Below, one piece after another: positions 8,687 through 17,608 of a DNA stretch of 64,000 nucleotides. A program made the translations under genes and the position numbers. Below the pieces are notes generated by a model, which searched no databases, was not told the DNA's origin, and saw only the letters and a program-made list of their open reading frames with translations. Numbering within the stretch: the first letter of the stretch is position 1; each line of letters opens with the position of its first letter. The DNA is from Thermoanaerobaculia bacterium (lineage in GTDB: Bacteria; Acidobacteriota; Thermoanaerobaculia; Multivoradales; UBA5704), in contig DATFNZ010000229.1 of assembly GCA_035266085.1 (NCBI GenBank), positions 9,129-73,128 of the forward strand, given 5' to 3'.

Positions 8687-11600
8687 GCCGCCACGGGCGC
8701 CGCCGCCGGCCGCGCCGCCTTCCGCTCCCGCGCCGCCCTCGACTCGTAGAGCTGGTAGAGGAAGTCGTAGAGCACCAGCTCGTGGACCCTGGCGGCCGAG
8801 CGGATCATCCGGTTGATGTGCATGTGGACGTAGCTGGGCGCCAAGTCGGCCACTGAGTGAGTCAGGCGGCCGGCGCTCTCCCTCTCCCGGAGCTCGGCGA
8901 CGATCGGCGCCAGGCGCTCCGAGCGCCGGTGGAGCACGGCCAGGGCGGGAGCGAGATCGCTCGTCTCGTCGCCGCTGCGATCGAGCAGGGGCGTCAGGCT
9001 GCGTGATTCCTGGCGGAACCTCTGATCGAGCTGGACCCGCAGCCCCTTGCCGCCGCCGAACTCGCGCGCGAACCCCTCGCGCATGCCGCGCATCACCCGC
9101 GTCTTCGTCTCCGAGTCCAGACCGAGATCCGCCAGCAGCATGTCGGTGCCGCGCAGAGTGAGGCGCCAGCGCAGGTCCGCGCCCTCGTCGCCCTCCAGCA
9201 TCTCGAGGATCTCCAGCACGGCTTCGCTGTCCGCCTGGAAGAGGCGCTCGGAGGGGAGCATCCCCTCCGGGCCGCCATAGCGCTCGACCTCGCGCTCGTA
9301 GGTGTCGAGCTGCATCCGCCAGAGCCGGCCGTCGGCGAGGAGCGGATCGATCGCGGCGTGGAGGCGCGGCAGGGTGCGCCCGTGGAGGGCGGCGGGATCG
9401 CCATGGAGGCGCACCCGCAGGTGCCACTCGGGATCGCTGTAGCGGATGAAGAACCAGCCGTCCGCAGCGCCCTCGCCCAGAGCCTCGCGCACCACCGGCG
9501 TCACGACCTCGCGCAGCAGGCCGTCGGCGGTGGAGGTCCCCGTGTAGAGCTTGACGTACAGCCACTCGGAGCCCGGCGGGAAGGAGCGCCGGACCGGGGT
9601 AGGACGGTTCTCTCCTCTCTCCCGGACCGTCGGGGGAGAGGCCGGGAGGGCGGGGTTGGGGGGCTTGCGCACGAAGGGCACCAGGATCTCGTGCAGGAAG
9701 CGCCCCTCGGGGCCGGCCGCGGGAAGCTGATCGGGGCCGGGGAAGAACTCGACGATCCGGGCGCGGTCGCGGTCCTCCGCGACGTCGAGGAAGGTCTCGA
9801 CGGAGAGCACGTTGTCGAGGTCCACGAGCAGCTCGTTGTCGTTGTCGACCAGGGCCACGAGCCGTGGGAGCCGCCGTTGCTCGCGCCATTCCCGCACGGC
9901 CAGGAAGCGCTCCGCGCCTTTGGTTTTGACCAGCGCCTTGATCTCGTCCCCGGTCATCCACCAGGAGGCGCGGGCGAGGACCAGCTTGCCGCTGGTGACC
10001 CGGGGCAGGAAAGGCGCGCTGTCCAAGGGGCCCCAATTCCACATCATGCCGCCCATCACCTCCTGCGACTGCAGCATGCAGAGGAAGCGGTAGACCCCGA
10101 GGCTGCCGAACACGAAGTTGTGGGCGCTGGTCAGGCGGGGGATCACCTCTTTGCCCAGCCGCGCCGAGCGCAGCACGATCCGGTTGCCAGCGACCGACAC
10201 CCGCAGGTCGCCGAGGGGGATCTGCATCTCCGGAGGAGCGCCGGAGCGGCCGAGGAAGGGGATCTCGTAGCCGCGCAGGACCGGCCGGGCCAGGATGTTG
10301 CCGATGCGCCCCTGCGGCAGGTGGACGACCTCCGCGAAGACGGCGCCGGGCCGCAGCGCCTCCTCGGCCCGCAGGTGCTCCTCGACGTGCCGGCAGAGGA
10401 CCGGGTCGGCGTGGCAGAAGCGTCCCAGCAGCCGGGCCCCGGAAGGACCGCCCATGTTCTCGAGGAGGATCTGGAAGTCGCCCCGCTCCAAGGCTTCCGG
10501 CCCGGCCGCGGCCACCGAGAACATGGTGTGGAACGCGTCTGGGATCGGCTGCTTCTGCGCCTGGCTTTCGGCGGGCGCCATGCGCTCCAGGTCCTCGGCC
10601 GTGATCTCGATCTCCCGCGCTCCCCGCGCCAGCGCGTCGTGGAGCTTGCCGAGCAGCACCGTCTGCGTGCGGCCCCAGGGGACGGTGGGATCGGCGCCGG
10701 CGGGCGCGCCCACGGCGATGCCGCGCAGCAGGGGAGAGGCTTCGGCCCCGGCGTCGGAGGAGCGGTCGAAGCCGATGCCGACCTCCTCGTCCAGCGCTTC
10801 CAGCAGCGGCACCTCGCGGTTCTCGTAACGCTCGGAAAAAGCCTTGCGGAAGCGGTCGAGGCTCTCGATCGGGCGGTCAACGGCGAGGCGGATGAGGATG
10901 TCGAGGCCGCGGGCGACCTCCGCCATCACGGCCTCGCCGAGGGCCGGCTGGTCGCCGGGCTTGACCATGTCGAGCTGGAAGAGGCGCGACATCTCGACCG
11001 AGGTCGGCAGCTCCTTCAGGCTCTCGGCGATCGCCTCGTAGCGGGCGGGCGGCGCGCCGGGGCCGCCGGCGTCCAGCTCCTCAAGCGCGGCGCGGGCCTG
11101 GGCCAGCCGCTCGGCCGCCCCGGCCGCGACAGAACCGGGGGGAAAGCGGCTCAACTGGTCGATGACGTCGTGGATGGCCTCGGGGCCGGTGACGGCGGTG
11201 GAGAGGCCGGAGACCAGGATCTGGCTGTCGATCAGCTCGGTGACGAACTCCGCCGCCTCCTCCGGCGTCACTTCGCCGTCGGGATCGAAAGCCACCAGCG
11301 CCTCGGCGATCTCGCCGGCGCGCGCGCCGCCGCCGGCGCGGCGGAGGGCCTCCTCCAGGTAGTCGTTGTCGTCGACGGCCACCAGGTGGTGCGAGCGGGT
11401 CTTCTTGTCCAGCCGCGCCTCGGCGTAGCGCAGCCGCCCGCCGGCGCGGTAGAGGCTCGAGTTGGGGTGGTAGACCAGCGCCTCGCGCACCGCCGGGTCC
11501 TTCGCCAGGTCCTCGCAGAGGGCGAAGAGGTAGTCCATGTCGAGCCGCGTGTGCCGCTCGTAGCTGGAGCGGGGAGCCACGGCGATGCGGGAGGGCGTGC

Positions 11601-12003
11601 CGGGAGCGGTGTCGACCCGGCCCACCGAGCAGCCGGAGAACAGGCCGAAGGGGGTGGCGCGGGCCGCCATGCGGTAGACGTAGCGCACCAGCGCCCGCTC
11701 GGCGCGCTGCCCCTTCTTGCTCTCCGGCTGGGCCCGCCAGGCGTTCAGGCTCTCGTAGAGCGACGGCGAGGCCAGGAACACGGCCTCGAGGACCTCGGGG
11801 CGGGCCGCCAGCTCGGCGAGGCGGGCGCGCAGCCGCTCGCGGTCGGCGGCCAGGGCCTGCTCCAGGCGCTCGGGGTCGGCGAGAGCCGCCGGCGCTTCGA
11901 GCCCCTCGCTCCAGGCCTCCAGCTCCTCGAAGGGGAGCAGGGGAGTGCGGAAGGCGAAGAAATCGTTGGCGATGAAGGGGCGTTCCCGCTCTGTCTTAGC
12001 CAT
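8680..12003 (-). CDS. full-length LanB-type lantibiotic dehydratase (N-terminal dehydratase domain plus C-terminal SpaB_C/thiopeptide-type elimination domain)
   Basis: N-terminus 'FFAFRTPLLPFEEL' is typical of the Lant_dehydr_N domain. C-terminus 'WLYVKLYTGTSTADGLL...DGWFFIRYSDPEWHLRVRLHG' is typical of SpaB_C/TIGR03891. The preferred start is the ATG at 12003, which overlaps the upstream RNB stop by 8 nt (ATGGCTAA). The track start at 12042 is also possible. Confidence 0.85.
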   Translation of the reverse strand: MAKTERERPFIANDFFAFRTPLLPFEELEAWSEGLEAPAALADPERLEQALAADRERLRARLAELAARPEVLEAVFLASPSLYESLNAWRAQPESKKGQRAERALVRYVYRMAARATPFGLFSGCSVGRVDTAPGTPSRIAVAPRSSYERHTRLDMDYLFALCEDLAKDPAVREALVYHPNSSLYRAGGRLRYAEARLDKKTRSHHLVAVDDNDYLEEALRRAGGGARAGEIAEALVAFDPDGEVTPEEAAEFVTELIDSQILVSGLSTAVTGPEAIHDVIDQLSRFPPGSVAAGAAERLAQARAALEELDAGGPGAPPARYEAIAESLKELPTSVEMSRLFQLDMVKPGDQPALGEAVMAEVARGLDILIRLAVDRPIESLDRFRKAFSERYENREVPLLEALDEEVGIGFDRSSDAGAEASPLLRGIAVGAPAGADPTVPWGRTQTVLLGKLHDALARGAREIEITAEDLERMAPAESQAQKQPIPDAFHTMFSVAAAGPEALERGDFQILLENMGGPSGARLLGRFCHADPVLCRHVEEHLRAEEALRPGAVFAEVVHLPQGRIGNILARPVLRGYEIPFLGRSGAPPEMQIPLGDLRVSVAGNRIVLRSARLGKEVIPRLTSAHNFVFGSLGVYRFLCMLQSQEVMGGMMWNWGPLDSAPFLPRVTSGKLVLARASWWMTGDEIKALVKTKGAERFLAVREWREQRRLPRLVALVDNDNELLVDLDNVLSVETFLDVAEDRDRARIVEFFPGPDQLPAAGPEGRFLHEILVPFVRKPPNPALPASPPTVRERGENRPTPVRRSFPPGSEWLYVKLYTGTSTADGLLREVVTPVVREALGEGAADGWFFIRYSDPEWHLRVRLHGDPAALHGRTLPRLHAAIDPLLADGRLWRMQLDTYEREVERYGGPEGMLPSERLFQADSEAVLEILEMLEGDEGADLRWRLTLRGTDMLLADLGLDSETKTRVMRGMREGFAREFGGGKGLRVQLDQRFRQESRSLTPLLDRSGDETSDLAPALAVLHRRSERLAPIVAELRERESAGRLTHSVADLAPSYVHMHINRMIRSAARVHELVLYDFLYQLYESRAARERKAARPAAAPVAAD

Positions 12004-13471
12004 TGCGTTCCCGGACGAAATCGATGAACCCGCGCTCGACATCGGTGGAGACCAGGCGTACGCGCACCCGGTCGGCCACGTCGAGCCCTTCGAAGCCGCG
12101 CTCGAGGCGGCCCTCCACCACGGGATGCCTGAAGGTGCGCACCCAGGTGCCCTTCTCGGATGCGCCGGTGACGATGGCGTCGAAAGTATCGCCGACCCGG
12201 CTCTGGATCAGCAGGGCCGCCGCCGACTTGCGCACCTGCCGCTCCACCTTGTTGGCGGCGTCCTCCTGGAGCGTGCAGTGGCGGGCGAGCTCCGCCAGCT
12301 CGTCCATGGCGTAGGGAGCCGGCTTGCCGGCGAACGCCGCCTTGAGCAGCCGGTGGGTGATCAGGTCGGGATAGCGGCGGTTCGGGGCCGTGGCGTGGGT
12401 GTAGTCCCGCACCGCCAGGCCGAAGTGTCCGGGCGGCTCGCCGCCCGGCGGATCGACGGCGTACTCGCCGGGCCCCATCAGCTTGATTACGGAGAGCGAC
12501 AGCTCGGGGAAGCCGTCCGGATCCTCCCGCCGGCGTCCCTCCAGGAACAGGTTCAAGGCGCGGGCGTCGGCCTCCTCCGGGAGGTGCCCGCCGAGCTCCG
12601 CGGCGAGCTGGACGATGCGCGGCCAGCGCTTGGGCGTGTGCACCACGCGGCGCAGCGAGGGCAGGCCGTGGCCGTCCAGATAGCGGGCCGTGACGCCGTT
12701 GGCGGCGACCATGAAGTCCTCGATCAGCTCCTTGGCGCGGTTCTGCCGGTCCTCCCTGAGGTCGGTCACCACGCCGTCGACGAAGACCGGCCGCGTCTCG
12801 GGGGTGTCGAGGTCCAGGGCCCCCTGCTCGTAGCGCAGGGCGCGCAGGCGGGAGGCGGCCTGGTCCTGGAGCCGGACCTGCTCGTCGATCCCCGGCACGT
12901 CCGCCATGCGCGGCGGCATCGGGCCGTCGCCTTCGAGCCACGCGGCCACGGCGTCATAGGCCAGCTTGCAGCGGTTGTGGACCCAGGCGCGGTAGATGTC
13001 CGAGTTCGCCAGCGAGCCGTCGGCGGACACCGTCATCTCGATCACGATGGCCAGCCGGTCCTCGCCGTCGTTGAGCGAGGTCAGGTCGGTCGAGAGGCGC
13101 TCGGGGAGCATGGGGAAGACGCGGGCGGCGGTATAGATCGAAGTGGTGTTGGTGCGCGCGTGGTCGTCGACGGCCGAGCCGAGCCGCACCAGGGCGTCGA
13201 CGTCGGCGATGGCGACCCGCAGCCGGATGGCGTCGCCGTCCTGGGCCTCGGCCACTTCGAGCTGGTCGAGGTCGCGGCTGTCGTCGTTGTCGATGGAGGA
13301 CCAGAGCAGCTCGCGCAGGTCGCGGATGGAGGAATCGCGGCCGGGCTTCTCGGGCTGCAGCCGCTCCGCCTCGGCTATGGCCGCGGGCGGAAAATCGGGC
13401 TCCAGGCCCCTCTGCTCCATGGCGCGGCGGGCGATCGCTTCGAGACTGTGGGAATGGCGTCCGGAATTCAT
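11996..13471 (-). CDS. RNB-domain exoribonuclease (RNase II/R family)
   Basis: 'HFGLAVRDYTHATAPNRRYPDLITHRLLKA' is the RNB catalytic motif, and the C-terminus is S1-like. I prefer the start at 13471 (MNSGRHSH...). The track start at 13570 would leave no room for a promoter before the divergent M4 gene. Confidence 0.8.
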   Translation of the reverse strand: MNSGRHSHSLEAIARRAMEQRGLEPDFPPAAIAEAERLQPEKPGRDSSIRDLRELLWSSIDNDDSRDLDQLEVAEAQDGDAIRLRVAIADVDALVRLGSAVDDHARTNTTSIYTAARVFPMLPERLSTDLTSLNDGEDRLAIVIEMTVSADGSLANSDIYRAWVHNRCKLAYDAVAAWLEGDGPMPPRMADVPGIDEQVRLQDQAASRLRALRYEQGALDLDTPETRPVFVDGVVTDLREDRQNRAKELIEDFMVAANGVTARYLDGHGLPSLRRVVHTPKRWPRIVQLAAELGGHLPEEADARALNLFLEGRRREDPDGFPELSLSVIKLMGPGEYAVDPPGGEPPGHFGLAVRDYTHATAPNRRYPDLITHRLLKAAFAGKPAPYAMDELAELARHCTLQEDAANKVERQVRKSAAALLIQSRVGDTFDAIVTGASEKGTWVRTFRHPVVEGRLERGFEGLDVADRVRVRLVSTDVERGFIDFVRERNG

Positions 13472-13492
13472 GGCCGGGAAGGATATCAGTCC
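13469..13492. repeat. direct repeat copy 2 (RNB start region: CATGGCCGGGAAGGATATCAGTCC on + strand)
   Basis: See copy 1. It differs only in a 3-4 nt central patch that includes one indel. Confidence 0.8.
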
Positions 13493-13581
13493 CTCACCTC
13501 CCCGACTCGCCCCCCGGGGGAGAAGAGGGGGAAAGGCTCGGATTGCGTTAAAATATCTGCACACCCTCAAAAGGAGACGCC

Positions 13582-15234
13582 GTGCCGCCCAAGAAAGGCC
13601 TGCGGAGCTTCGCCTTCCACCGCGACGAGAGCGCGGCCTCGCCGGCGCTCGCCGCGGCCCTGGCCGCCCGGCCCGCCGCGGCCCTGCCGGGAGAGCGCCT
13701 GGCCACCATGGAGCCCGAGCGGGCCGCCCGGATCCTGCTGCAGAACGCGCTCGATAGCGACGGTCTGCCCGGGTTCACCTCTCCCGAGGTGGACGCCGGC
13801 GCCGCCGAGTTCAAGCTGGCCGGCCACCGCAAGCTCCTCCTGACCAACTCGCAGACCGTCAAGTTTCTCCAGTTCTACCGCGACGTCCCGGTCTACGGAT
13901 CGCTGATCACGGTGGAGATGGACGCGCGCAACCGGCTGCTCTCCATCAATTCCGCCCTGGGCGCGCCGGCGGGCGTCGATGCCCTGGCGGACGTTTCGCC
14001 GGCAGACGCCCTGGCGACGGTCTCCAGGGCCGCGGGGTATGGAACCGAGCTCCCGGACGTCCAGCCACAGCTCTCCTTCTATTTCGAAGGCGGCGCCGGC
14101 ACCTGGCATCTCGCCTACATCGCGGAGAACGTGCCCCAGAGGCAGGGCGGAGCCGCGGACGACGACCACCATCTGCCGCAGGTCTTCGACTACGTCGTCG
14201 ACGCCAACACCGGGGATCTGATCGCGGCCCTGCCGCGCACCCAGACGGCCGAGCCGCTGGAGTCGGAGGCCCTCGACGGCCTCGCCGTCATGCGCAAGTT
14301 CCGCTGCTCGGACGTCCCCGGCAAGGGGAAGTGCCTCGCCGACCCCCACTCCGGGGTGCAGACCCACGACTTCGCCTTCAACTCCGTGGAGATGGATCAG
14401 GCCCTGCTGCCGGGAGAGCCCGTCCTGCTCAAGGACCCGGACTCCTGGGACCCGGCGGCGGTGAGCGCCCACGCCAACGCCGCCGAGGTGGCCGACTTCC
14501 TTGAGCGGGTGCTGATGCGGAAGGGGATCGACGGCGAGGGCGGCCCCCTCATATCGAGCATCAACTGCGTCCGCCGCCTGGGCGCTCAGGAGTGGCGCAA
14601 CGCGGCCTGGATCAGCACCCAGATGGTCTACGGCCAGCGGCTGCTCGACGGCAAGCTGCTCTCCTATGCCGTGTCCCGCGACGTGGTGGCCCACGAGATC
14701 TTCCACGGCGTGACCGAGCATTCCGCCCGCCTCGACTACCTGGCCGAGAGCGGAGCCTTGAACGAGTCGTACTCCGACATCTTCGGCATCCTGATCTCGA
14801 ACTGGCGGCAGTCGGACTTGGAGAAGTGGAACTGGCAGATCGGCGAGGAGCTGGACGGCACGGGCCTGCCCCTGCGCGACCTCTCCGATCCCGAGAAGTG
14901 CAAGCAGCCCGCCCACATGAAGGACTACCAGGACCTCCCGGTCACCCAGGCGGGCGACTGGGGAGGCGTGCACGTCAACAGCGGCATCCACAACAAGGCG
15001 GCCTACAACCTCCTGACGGCGAAGCCCGACGGCAACTACGCCTTCGACCCGGCGACGGTGGCCAGGCTCTTCTACCTGACCCTGACCGAGCAGCTCTCCC
15101 GCACCTCGGGCTTCAGCGACAGCCGCCGCGGGCTGGAGCTGGTGGCCCGCAGCCTTTTCCGCACCGATCCGGACCGTAACGTCAGGCTCGCCGCCATCAT
15201 CCAAGCCTTCGAAGACGTCGGCATCGAGCGTTAG
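13582..15234 (+). CDS. M4 (thermolysin-like) zinc metallopeptidase with N-terminal propeptide
   Basis: HEXXH 'VVAHEIFHGVTE' plus 'ESGALNESYSDIFG' (third zinc ligand Glu) and 'GGVHVNSGIHNKAAY'. AAAGGAGA lies upstream of the GTG start. Confidence 0.9.
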   Translation: MPPKKGLRSFAFHRDESAASPALAAALAARPAAALPGERLATMEPERAARILLQNALDSDGLPGFTSPEVDAGAAEFKLAGHRKLLLTNSQTVKFLQFYRDVPVYGSLITVEMDARNRLLSINSALGAPAGVDALADVSPADALATVSRAAGYGTELPDVQPQLSFYFEGGAGTWHLAYIAENVPQRQGGAADDDHHLPQVFDYVVDANTGDLIAALPRTQTAEPLESEALDGLAVMRKFRCSDVPGKGKCLADPHSGVQTHDFAFNSVEMDQALLPGEPVLLKDPDSWDPAAVSAHANAAEVADFLERVLMRKGIDGEGGPLISSINCVRRLGAQEWRNAAWISTQMVYGQRLLDGKLLSYAVSRDVVAHEIFHGVTEHSARLDYLAESGALNESYSDIFGILISNWRQSDLEKWNWQIGEELDGTGLPLRDLSDPEKCKQPAHMKDYQDLPVTQAGDWGGVHVNSGIHNKAAYNLLTAKPDGNYAFDPATVARLFYLTLTEQLSRTSGFSDSRRGLELVARSLFRTDPDRNVRLAAIIQAFEDVGIER

Positions 15235-15284
15235 CCGCCCAGGAGGATGCTGCGGGGGCGGAGAGCAAACCCTCCCGCCCGGCT

Positions 15285-16256
15285 CTACCTGCTGAGCGCC
15301 GTCGTGGCGATGCTGGCGCTGGGGGTGGTGCGGTGGGAAGCGTACGTCGTCCGGAGGAACGCCGGGTCGGCGGCGGAGTAGGAGAAGATGAAGCTGCCGC
15401 CCTTGATGGTGTCGATCACCGTGGACGCGACCTGCTCCGACAGGGCCGGGCAGCCCCAGCTCCGGCCGATCCGGCCGTGGCCGCGGGCGTGCTCGGGGTT
15501 CACGTACCACGCGCCGTGCATGACGATGTGGCGCTCCTCGGCGAGGTCGTTGATCCCCCGGTCGAGGCCCTGGAGCTTGAGCGAGTAGCCGTTGCCGCCC
15601 TCGTAGGTGCCGCCGGTCAGGAACAGGCCGAGGCTCGTCTGGCGGCTGTCCTTGACGTTGGAGAAGCGGGTGGCATAGTTGTCGCCGCTGCCGGCGCCAT
15701 GGGCCACCAGCTCATGGAACAGCACCTCGCCCTTCGCGACGTCGAGCACCCAGAGCCGCGGCTTGGTGGAGGGCAGGGAGTAGTCGATGACCGTCAGGAG
15801 GTCGTCCCGTCCGGAGACGCCGTTGGCGCGAGCGGAGGAGACCGCGTCGAGCGCCATCGTGAGAACTTTCGGCGAGAGTCCGGGGACGCCGTGGGCGAAC
15901 GCGGTCGTCACCGAAGGGGTGACGGGTTCAGCAGTCGGCGGGGTGACGATTGGAGCGACGATCTCGGGTTCAGGAGCCGGGGCGGCGATCGCCTCGGGTA
16001 CCGTGGCAACAGCGTGGACGGGCTCGGGCACTGAAGCTGCATAGGCCGAAGGCAGCTCGGTGAGCTTGGCGAAGGGGCTTGCGGCGACGGCGGTCAGAAG
16101 GATGGCGGGGAGGGTGAGCTTCCGGCCCCAGGAGCGGAGGGAGTTGATCTTCGGGGCAACGGCAGGCGCGGAGGAATGTTTCGGCGTCATGCGATATGTA
16201 GCCTCCAGGATGTCTAACGTGCCTTCGCAAGGCGCGTCGGTTTCTGTCCGATCCAC
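15285..16256 (-). CDS. L,D-transpeptidase catalytic-domain family protein (YkuD_2-like), secreted
   Basis: 'HGAGSGDNYATRFSNVKDSRQTSLGLF...IVMHGAWYV...GRSWGCPAL' contains the conserved His and Cys of the L,D-transpeptidase fold, and an N-terminal TM/signal segment is present. An alternative start (MTPKHSS) lies at 16190. Confidence 0.7.
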   Translation of the reverse strand: MDRTETDAPCEGTLDILEATYRMTPKHSSAPAVAPKINSLRSWGRKLTLPAILLTAVAASPFAKLTELPSAYAASVPEPVHAVATVPEAIAAPAPEPEIVAPIVTPPTAEPVTPSVTTAFAHGVPGLSPKVLTMALDAVSSARANGVSGRDDLLTVIDYSLPSTKPRLWVLDVAKGEVLFHELVAHGAGSGDNYATRFSNVKDSRQTSLGLFLTGGTYEGGNGYSLKLQGLDRGINDLAEERHIVMHGAWYVNPEHARGHGRIGRSWGCPALSEQVASTVIDTIKGGSFIFSYSAADPAFLRTTYASHRTTPSASIATTALSR

Positions 16257-16345
16257 CTCTTTAACCCTTCAGGGCTTATTGGTATTTCCGAGGATAGACT
16301 CCTGCGTATAGATCCGCAAGACCTTTTTTCGAAAAAGTCCCCGCC

Positions 16346-16771
16346 TCACCCCGCCAGCCGCTGAAACGGCTCTCGGAGCACCTCCGGCGTCCGGCAGGGA
16401 CGGCCGGTCGCGCTCTCGATCCAGACGTGCTCGGTGACGCCGGTCACCAGCCGTTCCTCCCCCTTGCGGACCTCGTAGGCGAAGCGCAGGCCGCGGCTGC
16501 CCAGCCGCTCGCACCAGCAAGCGACCTGGACGACGTCGCCATAGCGGGCGGGCCGGTGGTAGCGGGCCTCGACGCCGGTGACCATCAGGAGGTAGCCGAG
16601 CTTTTCGATGTCGGCGTAGTGGAAGCCGGAGCGCGAGCACAGGCTAGTGCGGGCCAACTCGAACCAGACCACATAGTTGGCGTGGTGGACGACGCCCATC
16701 TGGTCCGTCTCGGCGTAGCGGACCTCGACGTCGATCTGGGAACGGACGGGTTCTCGGGGGCTCTCGGGCAT
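16346..16771 (-). CDS. acyl-CoA thioesterase, YbgC/4HBT family
   Basis: 'VRYAETDQMGVVHHANYVVWFE' hot-dog fold signature, 141 aa. Confidence 0.85.
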   Translation of the reverse strand: MPESPREPVRSQIDVEVRYAETDQMGVVHHANYVVWFELARTSLCSRSGFHYADIEKLGYLLMVTGVEARYHRPARYGDVVQVACWCERLGSRGLRFAYEVRKGEERLVTGVTEHVWIESATGRPCRTPEVLREPFQRLAG

Positions 16772-16785
16772 TAGCCTCTCTCTGG

Positions 16786-17535
16786 TCAGCCGCGGATGTG
16801 GCGGGCGACGGTCCAGAGGATCTTATAACCGGCGCGGAGGGTGCCGGAGACCGTGCCCGTGATCTTCGACACGCCCACCCGGCGGCGGTAGGAGACGGGC
16901 ACCTCGGTGGACCGCAATCCCCGGCGCACGGCCTTGACCTGCATCTCGGCCGTCCAGCCGAAATTGGGGTCCGACATCTCCAGGCGCTCCAGGGCGTCCC
17001 AGCGGATGGCCCGGAAGGGGCCGAGGTCGGTGAAGCGGTGCCCGTAGAAGAGCCGGATCAGCAGGCAAGCCACGAGGTTGCCCGCCCGCGCCTGGGGAAG
17101 GAGGGCGCCACGCTCGCGCTGGCCCAGCACGCGGGAGCCGATCACCAGGTCGGCCTCGCCGGCGAGGATGGGGGCTACGAGCCGCGGCAGCTCGTCCGGG
17201 TGGTCCGAGTAGTCGGCGTCCACGAACACCACGACGTCCGGCGGACCGGTGCGCCGCAGGTGGTCCAGGCCGGCCAGGCAGGCGCTGCCGTACCCCCGCC
17301 GGGAGGCGGCCACGACCTCGGCGCCGCCCTCCCGGGCCACGCGGGCCGTGCCGTCGCTCGAGCCGTTGTCGGCCACCACGATCCGGCCCACCGGCGGCCG
17401 GGGGAGACCGGCGAGCACGAGAGGCAGCGAAGCCTCCTCGTTGAGGGCCGGGATGACCACGGCAATGACCACGGCAATGACGGGGGACAAGACCGGGGAC
17501 AAGACGGGAGACGAAGGGACTCCGGCGTTGGACAC
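16786..17535 (-). CDS. family 2 glycosyltransferase (polyprenol-phosphate glycosyltransferase-like)
   Basis: 'VIPALNEE...VVADNGSSDGT...VFVDADYSD' GT2 DXD layout, 249 aa. Confidence 0.85.
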   Translation of the reverse strand: MSNAGVPSSPVLSPVLSPVIAVVIAVVIPALNEEASLPLVLAGLPRPPVGRIVVADNGSSDGTARVAREGGAEVVAASRRGYGSACLAGLDHLRRTGPPDVVVFVDADYSDHPDELPRLVAPILAGEADLVIGSRVLGQRERGALLPQARAGNLVACLLIRLFYGHRFTDLGPFRAIRWDALERLEMSDPNFGWTAEMQVKAVRRGLRSTEVPVSYRRRVGVSKITGTVSGTLRAGYKILWTVARHIRG

Positions 17536-17608
17536 CGGCGGATTTTATGCCATGCTCTTGCGCCCGGCCGTAGGCACAAGGGACTATTTAGAGGACTTCG
17601 CCGCAGTC

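Noticed and set aside
17249-17608. 5' extensions of track ORFs into neighbouring genes: 17249 for the hexapeptide gene, 19425 for the desaturase, 35757 for the GNAT-like gene, 37399 for the AMP-ligase, 47335 for the PLDc_N/TPR gene, 53312, 54836 and 58768.
   Set aside because: The extended parts overlap well-supported genes and are Arg/Pro-rich. Internal starts that abut or overlap the upstream stop, or that follow an SD, give proteins beginning at the expected family N-terminus.
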